A stretch of DNA of 64,000 nucleotides from an uncultured Chitinophagales bacterium (lineage in GTDB: Bacteria > Bacteroidota > Bacteroidia > Chitinophagales > S012-47), in assembly GCA_964413685.1 (NCBI GenBank), contig CAYPSW010000001.1:365461-429460 (forward strand), written 5' to 3'. Shown piece by piece: positions 9,417-19,757 of this stretch. Each line of letters begins with the position of its first letter. Within the stretch, counting starts at the first letter, position 1. The position numbers and the translations under genes were made by a program. Under the pieces are notes generated by a model that was not told the DNA's origin, searched no databases, and worked only from the letters and a program-made list of their open reading frames with translations.

Positions 9417-9929
9417 TTAATATCCCAGCCGTTTTAAAATTTCACTGCTCTTATTATATTTTGGGTTGGCATATAGCATATATGGGCCACCATTTGCTTT
9501 ATCGAAAATAAAATCATAGCCTCTATTCTCTGCTAAAAATTTTATGGCATCATAAACCTTATCCTGAATTGGTTTCACAAGTTCCTGACGTTTTTTAAAC
9601 AAATCACCATCAACTCCAAAGTGTTGTTTTCGCAGGTTCTTGACAGCAGTTTCTTTATTCATGATATCATTTTCTCTGTCAGACTTGGTTTTTTCGTCCA
9701 TTAAATATTGCTCAGCCTGGTATTTTTTATACATCTCATCGATTTTCTGATACTCAGCTTCGATTTCCTTTTTCCATTCATCAGCGATAGCGTCCAATTG
9801 TTTTTGGGCATCTTGATATTCTGGTATTTTATCGAGGATATAATCAGAATCGACATAGACAAAACGCTGTGCCATGAAACTTGTACTACTGGCGAGCATT
9901 AGGGCAAAAATTGTAAATAGTTTTTTCAT
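9417..9929 (-). CDS. OmpH/Skp-family periplasmic chaperone
   Basis: Signal peptide MKKLFTIFALMLASSTSFMAQ and a charged helical body. It is the second of the usual tandem ompH pair after bamA. Confidence 0.8.
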   Translation of the reverse strand: MKKLFTIFALMLASSTSFMAQRFVYVDSDYILDKIPEYQDAQKQLDAIADEWKKEIEAEYQKIDEMYKKYQAEQYLMDEKTKSDRENDIMNKETAVKNLRKQHFGVDGDLFKKRQELVKPIQDKVYDAIKFLAENRGYDFIFDKANGGPYMLYANPKYNKSSEILKRLGY

Positions 9930-9940
9930 AATATTGAATT

Positions 9941-12604
9941 TTATTCAGGTTCAAAACCTAATTTAAATTGGAAGGCACCTTTCGATAACTTCTGTCCAAA
10001 AGGTAAGTCCTTTGTTCCCGGTTCATCAAAGCCTATGCCATAATCGAAGCCCAGCAATCCGAACATTGGTAGGTACACTCTTAGTCCCACGCCCACCGAT
10101 CTTCTGAGTTTAAATGGATCGTAATATTTCATACCTGCATAGGAATTACCGCCTTCAAGAAATGCCAATCCGTAAATGATGGAGGATGGATTTAAGGAGA
10201 AGGGATAACGCAGTTCAAGTGTAAATTTATTGTAAATGGGCGCATTCAGGTCGTTGGAACTGCCTCCGACAGGAGCAAAGGCATTTTCTGTTCCTCGTAA
10301 AGAAATGATATCATATCCATATAATTGGAAGCCTCCTGATAACCCGTCACCTCCCAACTGAAAACGTTCGAATGTTGAAAGTGGGAGGTCTGGATTATAT
10401 CTCCCTAGGAATCCAAATTTCGCCACGGCTTTCAACACTAATTGTTTTTTACCTTGTGCAGTACTACCGGCTAATCTTTTATACCATTCGGCTTTTAAAT
10501 TCCATTTGTTGTATTCAACCCATTTATATTTTTGATCATCTGGCAGATTAACGATATCAGGGAACAAATAACTATAAGGTGCTGTCAATTGTAAGCTCAG
10601 AGAAATATTTGATCCACCAGTAGGGAACAATGGATTTCCTGTAGCAGAATTCCGAGCCAAAGTTTCCTTTAAGTAAAAATTATTGGCGGTTCCGTTTTGG
10701 ATAATAAAACCTGAATAATCTTTCAGAAAATAATTTTCGATATTAATTGAACTTGATAATGTGAAATAGTCATCAGGCCAGCTTAAGCGTTTACCATATC
10801 CAATAGTAATTCCACGGGTAATAATGTAGGAACTGCTCGAATCAGATCTTTTTAATCCTGATTGATTCCAAAGAGTATAGTTTAACGATGTAGTAAATGA
10901 GTTTGGCTTTTTGCCTCCTAACCATGGTTCGTTGAACGAAAAAGTATATGATTGCAGATATTTACCGCGACTTTGCATTCGTAAAGAGAGTTGCTGGCCA
11001 TCTCCCATGGGGACCGGTGCCCAGCTTTTCTTCTGAAGAATTTTGCTGATTGCAAAGTTATTAAATACGATACCGGCTGTTCCATACAAGCCACCTACTG
11101 ATCCACCCCAGCCAGCCGATAACTCAAGTTGATCAGAAGATTTTTCAACAACGGTATATTCAATATCTACAGTACCATTTTCAGGATGTGGTTTAGGAAC
11201 AATACCAATTTGCTCTGCATCAAAAAAGCCTAACGATGAAATTTCTCGTTGTGATCGAATTAGATCAGACCGGCTAAATTTTGCCCCCGGTACAGTTCTT
11301 AATTCCCGTCTGATTACATGCTCATTGGTCCGGTCATTACCCTTAATGGTAATGTTATTGATGGTGGCTTGCGGCCCTTCATATACCTTAACCAAAATAT
11401 CAATAGAGTCATTTTCAATTCTTACTTCTTCCGGTGTTACATTGAAAAATAAATAACCTTCATTCATGTAAAGTGAACTGATATCACCACCATTTAGATC
11501 CATGAACAATTTGTCATTCAGTCGTTTTTTGCTATAGGTATCACCTTTTTTAATACCCATTATTTGGCTTAGTATTTCGCTTGGATAACGTGTATTTCCT
11601 TCCCAGGAAATATTTCTGAAATAGTATTTAGGACCTTCAGATACATTTATTTCAATCTGTAGGTTTTTATCGTCAACAAGATATACGGTATCAAATTCAA
11701 TGATTGCATCTCTGTAACCTTCATTATTATAGTAGTCAATTACCTTTTGCTTATCATCTTCATATTTGTCTTCAATGAATTTAGAGGAAGAAAAAATGTT
11801 CAAACGAACTTTGTCAGAAAAATACTCGGCAATTGATTCGTTAGACAAATTAGCCAATGTATAAAAAGGCCTGAATGTATGTGAACTGTCTCTGTGAAAA
11901 TAGGTATTTGGATTAAGGTCGATAAAAGGTTTCTGTTTTGTACCTTTCATTTGTTTGTGCAACTTTCGCTCTTGCACATTTTCAACACCATGAAAAACTA
12001 CTTCACTGATTTTTACTTTTTCGCCTCGGTTGACATCTATATATAGGTTTACAGAATTTGCTTTTGCTGTATCAGGTTTACTAAAAACATCGGTTTTTAT
12101 GTTCAGATAGCCTTTTGCGATGTACTTTTTATCAATGATATTTTCAATGTTAGATCGATCATATTCTGTGAGAGGATCGCCAGCCCGCAGGTTGAATTTT
12201 TCTCGCAGGTCATCTGCATCACTTTTACTAATACCTTTTATTACAAGCTGAGACAACCTCGGTCTTTCTTTAAGGACGATTTCGAGAAAGGCAACGTTTT
12301 TAATCACTTTTACAAGATTAATCTGAACATCCGAGAAAAGATTTAGCTTCCAGAGTCGCTTTACTGCATTTGCTGTTTCGTCACCTGGGATATAAATTTT
12401 CTGGCCAACGTTCAGGCCTGTTCTTGCCAGTAAAGCATTTTCTTTAAAACTGGAAACGCCTTTCAAGGTAATTCCACCAATTTCGTATTCCAGAGGTACT
12501 TTATAGCTCACTCCATTTTCATCTGCCCCAGGTATTGTTTGTGCTAAAGATGATGTCGCGGGTAATACAATTAGAAGTGCAAAAATTATTGTTAATTGTC
12601 TCAT
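9941..12604 (-). CDS. bamA: outer membrane protein assembly factor BamA
   Basis: 887 aa with a signal peptide, a long POTRA-repeat N-terminal region and an Omp85 barrel C-terminus (...GIGFDEPG...FQFKLGFEPE). The start abuts the uppS stop (TAAATG junction at 12602-12607). Confidence 0.92.
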   Translation of the reverse strand: MRQLTIIFALLIVLPATSSLAQTIPGADENGVSYKVPLEYEIGGITLKGVSSFKENALLARTGLNVGQKIYIPGDETANAVKRLWKLNLFSDVQINLVKVIKNVAFLEIVLKERPRLSQLVIKGISKSDADDLREKFNLRAGDPLTEYDRSNIENIIDKKYIAKGYLNIKTDVFSKPDTAKANSVNLYIDVNRGEKVKISEVVFHGVENVQERKLHKQMKGTKQKPFIDLNPNTYFHRDSSHTFRPFYTLANLSNESIAEYFSDKVRLNIFSSSKFIEDKYEDDKQKVIDYYNNEGYRDAIIEFDTVYLVDDKNLQIEINVSEGPKYYFRNISWEGNTRYPSEILSQIMGIKKGDTYSKKRLNDKLFMDLNGGDISSLYMNEGYLFFNVTPEEVRIENDSIDILVKVYEGPQATINNITIKGNDRTNEHVIRRELRTVPGAKFSRSDLIRSQREISSLGFFDAEQIGIVPKPHPENGTVDIEYTVVEKSSDQLELSAGWGGSVGGLYGTAGIVFNNFAISKILQKKSWAPVPMGDGQQLSLRMQSRGKYLQSYTFSFNEPWLGGKKPNSFTTSLNYTLWNQSGLKRSDSSSSYIITRGITIGYGKRLSWPDDYFTLSSSINIENYFLKDYSGFIIQNGTANNFYLKETLARNSATGNPLFPTGGSNISLSLQLTAPYSYLFPDIVNLPDDQKYKWVEYNKWNLKAEWYKRLAGSTAQGKKQLVLKAVAKFGFLGRYNPDLPLSTFERFQLGGDGLSGGFQLYGYDIISLRGTENAFAPVGGSSNDLNAPIYNKFTLELRYPFSLNPSSIIYGLAFLEGGNSYAGMKYYDPFKLRRSVGVGLRVYLPMFGLLGFDYGIGFDEPGTKDLPFGQKLSKGAFQFKLGFEPE

Positions 12605-13357
12605 TTATTTCATTTGTTCACCGGTCAATCCAAATCTTCTTTCTCTTCGCTGATAATCTAATATGGCCAAATAAAAATCTTTCTTTTTGAAAGAAGGCCA
12701 ATAGGTGTCACAAAAATACAATTCTGTATAAGCAATTTGCCATAATAAGAAATTACTAATCCTGCTTTCACCGCTTGTTCTGATTAAAAGGTCAGGGTCT
12801 GGTATTCCTGCTGTATCAAGATATCGACTAATAACGTCAGCATCTATGTCTTCCGTATTCAGTTTTCCCGATTGAATATCTAAGTGTATCTTTTTAATGG
12901 ACTCAGTTATCTCCCATCTTGAAGAGTAGCTTAATGCCAGCACTAGGGTCATCCTGTCATTGCTTTTTGTTTTTTCGATCGTGGTCTTTAATTCACGAAT
13001 ACAATTTTTAGGCAGTGATTGAATATCTCCTATTACCTTAAGTCTGATTTTATTTCTAATTAGCTGAGCTGTCTCCTTTTTAAGAGAGTTTACTAATAAG
13101 GACATTAACGAGTTGATTTCTCGTTTAGGCCTGTTCCAGTTTTCAGTTGAAAATGCATACAGGGTTAGATATTCTACACCAAGTTCGGCACAAGCTTCTG
13201 TAACTTCCTTTACTGATATAGCACCACTTTTATGGCCAAACAGTCTGCTTTTTCCCTGTTCCTTCGCCCATCTTCCATTGCCATCCATAATAATGGCTAT
13301 GTGTTTGGGAAGTTTCTTTAAGTCTAATTCAGAAGGAATGGATGATTGATCACGCAT
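12605..13357 (-). CDS. uppS: isoprenyl transferase (undecaprenyl diphosphate synthase)
   Basis: Motifs HIAIIMDGNGRWA and RTSGESRISNFLLWQIAYTELYF. Confidence 0.93.
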   Translation of the reverse strand: MRDQSSIPSELDLKKLPKHIAIIMDGNGRWAKEQGKSRLFGHKSGAISVKEVTEACAELGVEYLTLYAFSTENWNRPKREINSLMSLLVNSLKKETAQLIRNKIRLKVIGDIQSLPKNCIRELKTTIEKTKSNDRMTLVLALSYSSRWEITESIKKIHLDIQSGKLNTEDIDADVISRYLDTAGIPDPDLLIRTSGESRISNFLLWQIAYTELYFCDTYWPSFKKKDFYLAILDYQRRERRFGLTGEQMK

Positions 13358-13366
13358 GGTGCAAAG

Positions 13367-14233
13367 TTACCTTCTTTTGGAAGGATATGGACAACGCAAA
13401 GAACGTAGTGTATAAGAAAGGCTGATTCCGCTAAAAATATAGGCATCTCTAAGTTGATTGTCACCGCGCTGTTTTCCTTCTACACCAATAGGCTCTCCTG
13501 TGCTGGTAATGGATCGATCGCCTAGTGCAGCTGCTAATTGTCCATTTGCTCCTGATAGCAATACATTTGCATCAACATAGGTTGAACTGATGTCGTCTAG
13601 ATAATCAGTAAAAGTAAAACGATAACCAAGCTCAAAACCAAGAGTAAGATGTTTGCTCGCATTTAATTTTAAGCCGGCTCCGAATGGTACAGAAATTTGA
13701 AATAATTTATACGGATTCCTGCCATAAAATTCAGGAAATTGTTGCCCTTCTGTTCCCAGAGCTTGCAGAGCAATATAAGAGCCGTTTAGATATGCTTTTG
13801 GATTATGATGAAATACAGCAATACCAAGCAATACATAGGGGGTAAAGCGATTATGCTCAGAACCCATGAGGTAAGGGAAGAAATTGAACTCAAATTGAGT
13901 GGCTATTTCAAAAATATCAGAACGAAAATTAAAATTTCTTGCCTGCTCGTAGATACTGGCAGATAATGCATCATTTCCCATTATTCTACCATAATTCAGG
14001 GAAGTCTTCAGCGCTAAGCGCTTATCAATATTCATCCGAGCATAAATACCTCCGGCTTCTCTGATTACTTTATAGGTATTCAGATAATCCGGCCTGATGT
14101 CACCATAATAAGATGCACCACCTGCCCAAGCTCCAAATTCCCATTTTTGGCTTATATCTTTTTGTGCCTGCAGATTAACTGAAAAATAAATTAAACAGAT
14201 TGCAGATAATAAAAATGTTTTGATACTATTCAT
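13367..14233 (-). CDS. DUF6089-like outer-membrane beta-barrel protein
   Basis: Signal peptide followed by repeated G/Y-rich strand pattern. It shares blocks with the next gene (GGxxYYGD, LGTEGQ, DYLDD/DYIDD, ends ...LSYTLRS). The position between nadK and uppS is typical of this Bacteroidota family. Confidence 0.6.
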   Translation of the reverse strand: MNSIKTFLLSAICLIYFSVNLQAQKDISQKWEFGAWAGGASYYGDIRPDYLNTYKVIREAGGIYARMNIDKRLALKTSLNYGRIMGNDALSASIYEQARNFNFRSDIFEIATQFEFNFFPYLMGSEHNRFTPYVLLGIAVFHHNPKAYLNGSYIALQALGTEGQQFPEFYGRNPYKLFQISVPFGAGLKLNASKHLTLGFELGYRFTFTDYLDDISSTYVDANVLLSGANGQLAAALGDRSITSTGEPIGVEGKQRGDNQLRDAYIFSGISLSYTLRSLRCPYPSKRR

Positions 14234-14330
14234 GCCACCACATGCTTATTGGCCTCGAAAATAGATAAACGATTTATATAACGGTAAGCTCTTAGGATTG
14301 TTGCTAATAGGGGGCTCATGGAAAAAGCAC

Positions 14331-15245
14331 CTATAAATTTACCGGGCAAGTGTATCTGCTTCCACGGGTTGTGCTGAAGATATAAGTAAGTGTTACCCCT
14401 GTGAAGAAATATGAATCACGGTTAGATGGATCACCTCTTTGCTGGCCCGGAGCGGTTTTGCTTGGATATTCACCCGTTGAACGATCGGACATGGCTGCCG
14501 CAGCTGCTGCTTGTCCTGGTGAATATGTAGAATAGTAAAATGCCGGATCCGGATAAGTTGTGCTTACATCATCAATATAATCAGTTGTTGTAAATCTGTG
14601 GCCAACTTCGAACCCAAGAATATAATGTGTGTTTAGATTTGTTTTTATACCTGCACCCATTGGAAACGCCATTTGAATCAAAGAGTATTTCTTCTTTTGC
14701 GGATATTGAATCAATCCCTGACCTTCGGTTCCTAAAGGTTGCAATCTTACCCATGTACCACCAACATTTGCTTTTGGGTCGAAACGGAAAGCACCAACTC
14801 CTGCAAATAAATAAGGAGCCCAATTACGTGACATATTTCCGGGTTCGAATGGAATCAGGTTCATTTCTCCAACCACACTTGCTTCAATTATATAAGATCT
14901 GAAGCTTAGATTTCTATAAAAGCGATGCCATCCGGCACCAGCTGCTGGAGTTTTTGCATTCGCCAAAGCATCATTACCCCAAACACGTCCGTAATAAGCG
15001 TTAACACGGAAAGCAAATCGGGCACCCATTGTTTGTTTGAAGAATACACCGGCTGAAGGTCTGGTCGATAATATATCTAAATCGTAGAGCGAAGCTCTTC
15101 CTATTGTTCTGGCACCACCAAGGTCACCTAAAAAACTGCTTGTTCCTATTGAGATTCCTAATTGGGATGTTCGTGCATTATACTGACCTTGCATACTGAA
15201 AGCAGTTAATATAAGCACTAATAAGGGGGTATATAATTTCTTCAT
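14331..15245 (-). CDS. DUF6089-like outer-membrane beta-barrel protein (paralogue)
   Basis: Signal peptide MKKLYTPLLVLILTAFSMQGQ. It shares motifs with 13367-14233 (LQPLGTEGQ, FPMGAGIK, TTDYIDDVSTTY, GDPSNRDSYFFTGVTLTY). Confidence 0.6.
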   Translation of the reverse strand: MKKLYTPLLVLILTAFSMQGQYNARTSQLGISIGTSSFLGDLGGARTIGRASLYDLDILSTRPSAGVFFKQTMGARFAFRVNAYYGRVWGNDALANAKTPAAGAGWHRFYRNLSFRSYIIEASVVGEMNLIPFEPGNMSRNWAPYLFAGVGAFRFDPKANVGGTWVRLQPLGTEGQGLIQYPQKKKYSLIQMAFPMGAGIKTNLNTHYILGFEVGHRFTTTDYIDDVSTTYPDPAFYYSTYSPGQAAAAAAMSDRSTGEYPSKTAPGQQRGDPSNRDSYFFTGVTLTYIFSTTRGSRYTCPVNL

Positions 15246-15339
15246 TTCAAGAGGGTTTACTAATAGTGTAAAAACAACACAATTTAATTGACTGAATATT
15301 ACGCAAACGTAAAAGAATGGTTACAAATTGTGATAGACT

Positions 15340-16218
15340 TTAGTTCCGTTTATCCATACCCCAATAAAGCTTTGATCTGAGTGTAGATAAGAAATGATTC
15401 TCTTTTAGTCTTACTAGTTTAAGGGTAAAATCTTCCTTTCTTACATTTAAGTTAAAAGTGCTGTCAATCGTTACAACTCTTGAATCAAGTGTGCATAAAA
15501 AGCTATCTGAACGACCTTCTATTTCAAATGATATTTCTGAAGTATCGGGAATAATAATAGGACGCGTACTTAAATTATGTGGCGCTACAGGAGCAATTAC
15601 GAAATTTCCTGAATTTGGAAGAATTACCGGGCCTCCACAGCTCAGTGCGTAGCCGGTTGAACCAGTTGGGGTAGAAACGACTAATCCATCAGCCCAATAT
15701 GTGTTTAAGAACTCGCCATTTAGGTAAGTATGAATCCGAATCATGGAAGAAGTGTCTTTCCGGTGAATGGTAAAATCATTCAGTGCATAGGGTGATTCAC
15801 CAAAAATCTCTTTGTCCGAATCTAAATGGATTAATACCCTTTCATCAAGCAGATAAGTTTCATTTTGTAATGCATTAAGTGCATCAGCAATTTCTTCCTC
15901 TCCCAGGCTAGATAAAAATCCAAGTTTCCCTAAGTTAATGCCCATTATGGGAATATTTGAATCTCTTACAAGGGTCAGGGTGTCGAGTATGGTTCCATCT
16001 CCTCCAAGACTAAAAATAAAATCAACTTGATCTTTGATGTCATCATACCCGGAAAAAAGCGGCATGTTTTTAAGGTGTTCTATTTTTCTTACGAGGTGGG
16101 CATAAAATCCATCGTAAATATAGCACTCGATTTTCCTTTTTCGCAATTCATCAAAAAGATATTGAACAATTTGTGCCTTGCTGTTATCTAGTAAACGGCC
16201 ATAAATAGCAACCTTCAT
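15340..16218 (-). CDS. nadK: NAD kinase
   Basis: GGDGT motif (FSLGGDGTILD) and STPTGSTGYALSCGGP. ATG 16218 (MKVAIYGR) is preferred; the 16275 start would overlap the upstream gene by 53 nt. Confidence 0.9.
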   Translation of the reverse strand: MKVAIYGRLLDNSKAQIVQYLFDELRKRKIECYIYDGFYAHLVRKIEHLKNMPLFSGYDDIKDQVDFIFSLGGDGTILDTLTLVRDSNIPIMGINLGKLGFLSSLGEEEIADALNALQNETYLLDERVLIHLDSDKEIFGESPYALNDFTIHRKDTSSMIRIHTYLNGEFLNTYWADGLVVSTPTGSTGYALSCGGPVILPNSGNFVIAPVAPHNLSTRPIIIPDTSEISFEIEGRSDSFLCTLDSRVVTIDSTFNLNVRKEDFTLKLVRLKENHFLSTLRSKLYWGMDKRN

Positions 16219-16222
16219 AATA

Positions 16223-17629
16223 CTAGTTGTTAAAGTGCAAATATATGCCTTTTTCACCCATAGCATTGATGGCATAGTAACAGGAAAAGGAGAAATCGTA
16301 GTAGCTGAAGATATCTATTCCAATCCCACTTGAATATTGCCATTGATTATTCAAGGGATTCGTTGACAGGGTCAATGCATCTGCAACATAACCGGCATCA
16401 ATAAATCCGGTCAGGTAAATTTCAAAAGGGATGTGATCAAACGCTTTGAGAACAATTAATGGCTTTTCAATTTCAAAATTGAGCAATTCGAATCGGACAC
16501 TATTCTTTAGTAGTACGTCATTTTGGCCATCTATTATGTAAAGTTCATACCCTCTGATAAGTTTCCTTTCGTAACCTAATCCTTCGGATAGTGAATATGG
16601 AAGATTTGGTGTTGAACTTATCCTCGAATACAACTCGTTAGATAAGGACCATTTTACATTTAGTCTTTTATACAAAGCCGCAAATCCATTCCACTGCTGA
16701 ATTACTGAGCCGGAACCTGAATAAAGCCGATATGTAGCCAAAGCATACCAGCCATCCAATGGATAGATAACTCGGTCACGATGATCGGATGACCAGCTTA
16801 TCCCCAATGACCATAGTGATTGAGATAATGCTTTAGTATTAAAGTAGTCAGGATTTAAAACTCGAATCGTATCGGCTATCGTTTCGAGGCGGAAAGTCGA
16901 GCTTAATGAGAAAATATTGTATGTATTTGTTTGAAACGTTAGTGAAAGTCCGACATCGGTAATTTTATAAATGAAATCGGCCCCCCGAAAAAACTGTTGT
17001 TTATTTCCTGATGATCCAAAGTTCAAATCGTGACTTCTTCTTCGGTAAAACTCAATTCCTAAACCCAGATTTTTCGTTGGATTAAGATATGGCGTTTCAT
17101 AGCTAAAGGCAAGTGTTTGATTGAATCCACCTAAAACACTAAGTTTTGCCTTATCTGAGCGGCCGGTTAAATTATTATGATAAAGATTGATTCCAAATAT
17201 AGTTCTCCGCCAATCACGATTGTAGTCTTGCCACCACTGATTAAAGTTCCGATCAGAAAGTTTGAAATAAGGCAGGGGAAATAAATACCATCGTTCTTCA
17301 ACCAATATATTAATTTCAATCTGATTTTTCTCCCAGTTACTGATGCGGACATTAGCTTCATTATACAATCTGGTTTTTAGTATTTCCTGACGTATGGTCT
17401 TTAAAAGGGGAAAGACCTGATCAATTCGTACACTATCACCTGTTTTTATTGGAATATTTTTTTCAATTACCCAAACTTGTGTGTGTTTAAAACCGGCATA
17501 AGTGATCGCGGATATCTCAATATATTTCGTTGAATCATTCGCAGCTTCAGAGACATTAATTGCATTGGCCTGTGCAAGGACACAACAAAGAAAAGAGTAG
17601 ATAAAAAATTGTAAGTGGAGGATGCTCAA
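16223..17629 (-). CDS. Omp85/BamA-TamA-family outer membrane protein (single POTRA-like region plus barrel)
   Basis: Signal peptide (M)SILHLQFFIYSFLCCVLAQANA, a POTRA-like segment (ISAITYAGFKHTQVWVIEKNIPIKTGDSV...) and an aromatic/Gly-rich barrel ending YLHFNN. The TTG start forms a TTGA overlap with the CBS gene stop. Confidence 0.65.
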   Translation of the reverse strand: MSILHLQFFIYSFLCCVLAQANAINVSEAANDSTKYIEISAITYAGFKHTQVWVIEKNIPIKTGDSVRIDQVFPLLKTIRQEILKTRLYNEANVRISNWEKNQIEINILVEERWYLFPLPYFKLSDRNFNQWWQDYNRDWRRTIFGINLYHNNLTGRSDKAKLSVLGGFNQTLAFSYETPYLNPTKNLGLGIEFYRRRSHDLNFGSSGNKQQFFRGADFIYKITDVGLSLTFQTNTYNIFSLSSTFRLETIADTIRVLNPDYFNTKALSQSLWSLGISWSSDHRDRVIYPLDGWYALATYRLYSGSGSVIQQWNGFAALYKRLNVKWSLSNELYSRISSTPNLPYSLSEGLGYERKLIRGYELYIIDGQNDVLLKNSVRFELLNFEIEKPLIVLKAFDHIPFEIYLTGFIDAGYVADALTLSTNPLNNQWQYSSGIGIDIFSYYDFSFSCYYAINAMGEKGIYLHFNN

Positions 17630-18288
17630 GTGTTCAGGTAATTCATCAATGAATCGTAGCGGTCTTTTAAGAAATCATTCATGTCTGATTTATGATAATA
17701 TCCACTGATAGTATAATTGAATCGTTCGAATGTGGCAATGACATCTTTAACATCATCACGATTTATTTTCAGGGTAACTTCAAGTTGCGTAGAATCAATA
17801 TGATTGGTTGTGAAAAGGGTCAGAATACTTGCATTAGAGGATTCAACAATTCTGGCTATTTCAGATAATGAGTAATCGTTAATAGCCATTTTTAAAACAA
17901 TAATACCACCGGGTTCGCGGATAGATGAATATTTGGCAAAATTACCGAGCAGAGATTGTAAGGTTATGACACCTAAATAATTGCTTTCATCATCGCAAAC
18001 CGGGACAATGCTGATTTTTAATTCTTCGAAAAGGCGTAAGGCGTCAAGTAAATGTGCGGTTTGCCGGATGCAAGGTTTCGTATATTTCATTGAATAATTG
18101 CCAATGGGTTCGTTCAGATCATTCATATCCAGCACCTCATCATCAGAAATAAGTCCAAGCAATTGAGTATTGTTGACAATTGGCAGGTGGCGCACTAGAA
18201 ATTCATTCATCCAGTTCAATGCTTGCTGTCCCGTGTCAGAAGTTTTGAGTGGTGGTATTGAATCTGATATGATTTCTTTGGCAATCAT
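17626..18288 (-). CDS. CBS domain-containing protein
   Basis: Two CBS-like repeats (HLPIVNNTQLLGLISDDEVLD and IVPVCDDESNYLGVITLQSLL) with a C-terminal extension. Confidence 0.7.
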   Translation of the reverse strand: MIAKEIISDSIPPLKTSDTGQQALNWMNEFLVRHLPIVNNTQLLGLISDDEVLDMNDLNEPIGNYSMKYTKPCIRQTAHLLDALRLFEELKISIVPVCDDESNYLGVITLQSLLGNFAKYSSIREPGGIIVLKMAINDYSLSEIARIVESSNASILTLFTTNHIDSTQLEVTLKINRDDVKDVIATFERFNYTISGYYHKSDMNDFLKDRYDSLMNYLNT

Positions 18289-18294
18289 TTTATT

Positions 18295-19056
18295 CTACCG
18301 ATAAATTTTTTTCAGGAATCCTTCCAGTATAGTGTTGAATTCATTTGGTTTTTCCATCATTGGTGCATGTCCGCAATGATCTAATATCACTAATTCTGAG
18401 TTGGGTAAAAGTTTGTGAAATTCTTCCCCGACAAACAAAGGAGTAACTTGATCTTCTTTCCCCCAAATCAGTAATACCGGCCTGTTAAGTTCCGAAAGAC
18501 GATTTCCTACATTGTGCCGTATGGCTGATTTGGCTGTTTTGAGCACTCTAATCGCCTTCATTCTATCGTTCACAATTCCGAACACTTCATCAATCAATTC
18601 TTTGCTTGCTATTTTAGGGTCATAAAATGTGTCTTCTGTTTTCTTTTTGACATATTCATAACTCCCGCGTTTTGGAAAGGTACTCCCCATCGCGCTTTCA
18701 AATAATCCAGAACTGCCGGTAAGCAACACTGAGTTAATCAATGATAAATTTTCAAGAGAATATAAAATAGCTATATGTCCTCCTAATGAATTTCCAACTA
18801 CATTTAAGTTTTTGTATTTTTTATGTTTTACGAATTCAGTAACGTATTTAACCAAACCGTTCAGGTTGGAGCTCAAAACTGGTAATTCATAAATTGGCAG
18901 CATTGGAATAACCACTTTATATTCAGATTTAAAGTGGTCGAATAATGGTTTAAAATTGCTTAAGGCTCCGAATAATCCATGAAATAATATCAATACTTCT
19001 CCTTCTCCTTCCTCAACAAATTTAAATCTTCCTTCTTCTTTTATTAGGACATCCAT
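18295..19056 (-). CDS. alpha/beta hydrolase
   Basis: HG oxyanion motif (LILFHGLFG), nucleophile elbow VVGNSLGGH and C-terminal DHCGHAPMME. Confidence 0.75.
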   Translation of the reverse strand: MDVLIKEEGRFKFVEEGEGEVLILFHGLFGALSNFKPLFDHFKSEYKVVIPMLPIYELPVLSSNLNGLVKYVTEFVKHKKYKNLNVVGNSLGGHIAILYSLENLSLINSVLLTGSSGLFESAMGSTFPKRGSYEYVKKKTEDTFYDPKIASKELIDEVFGIVNDRMKAIRVLKTAKSAIRHNVGNRLSELNRPVLLIWGKEDQVTPLFVGEEFHKLLPNSELVILDHCGHAPMMEKPNEFNTILEGFLKKIYR

Positions 19057-19221
19057 AATTGCTTTCTTTCAATCTTTTCTTTAAAAAGGTTTGATACGAA
19101 TGAGTATTATATTCCTTTGGCTAATTCAAAAGTAATAGATTTGTTTTGCTTCTTGATTCAATTTATATACAGACCATAATTTTTAGCAGCATTTATCAGG
19201 AAATGAAGAACAAGGGTACGG

Positions 19222-19755
19222 TCATTCTCTGGGGTACTTTTGTTCAATTTGTTTTTCAATATTTTCATATTGATCTTTCAATATCGGAATGACAGTTCCG
19301 GCAGCCTTCATTACGGCCGGTGATATCGGCTGAACATATTGCCATGAAATTGATTGCTCTGTTACATCTTCTTTAATGAAATCAGATTTTGCAAGATACC
19401 AAAGAACTGTGCTAAGCAAAAACAATCCGGTAAGCGCCCACATGGCAGCTCCTCCAATTCGGTTTACAAGATTTATCTTGCTGATTTTTAATACTCCTTC
19501 TAATAAACGACCAAAAAAAATGAGGCCAAAAAGAATGGCCAGAAATATTACGAGGAATGATAGAATCGGCATGTAAGCCGAATCAATATTGAACCATCGA
19601 TTCAGGTAAATAGCACCTATATAGCTAAATCGAAGCGCCAGAATAGTACCCAATATAAATCCAACGAATGAAAATATTGACTGAATGAGACCCGAGCGGT
19701 ATCCTTTGATTATGCCGGCAACCAAAACGATTACACAAATTATATCAATAGGCAT
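19222..19755 (-). CDS. cvpA: CvpA-family membrane protein
   Basis: Four predicted TM helices with the CvpA-like N-terminus IDIICVIVLVAGIIKGYRSGLIQSIFSFVGFILG. Confidence 0.65.
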   Translation of the reverse strand: MPIDIICVIVLVAGIIKGYRSGLIQSIFSFVGFILGTILALRFSYIGAIYLNRWFNIDSAYMPILSFLVIFLAILFGLIFFGRLLEGVLKISKINLVNRIGGAAMWALTGLFLLSTVLWYLAKSDFIKEDVTEQSISWQYVQPISPAVMKAAGTVIPILKDQYENIEKQIEQKYPRE

Positions 19756-19757
19756 TG

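Noticed and set aside
14842-14850. GGTTCGAAT, a tRNA T-arm-like sequence
   Set aside because: It lies inside the DUF6089-like CDS and has no flanking acceptor, D or anticodon stems. None of the gaps over 70 nt folds into a cloverleaf by eye, so I call no tRNA.
16219-16275. Longer N-terminal extensions offered by the ORF track for nadK (16275), truA (50413), prsW (59273), the trans-sulfuration enzyme (61280), ATPase 2 (43393), yqeY (20243), ompH (9398), the PLD gene (55838), the GT-B gene (6407) and rluB (439)
   Set aside because: In each case an internal ATG reproduces the family-typical N-terminus or signal peptide. It also removes an implausible overlap with the neighbouring gene or terminator.
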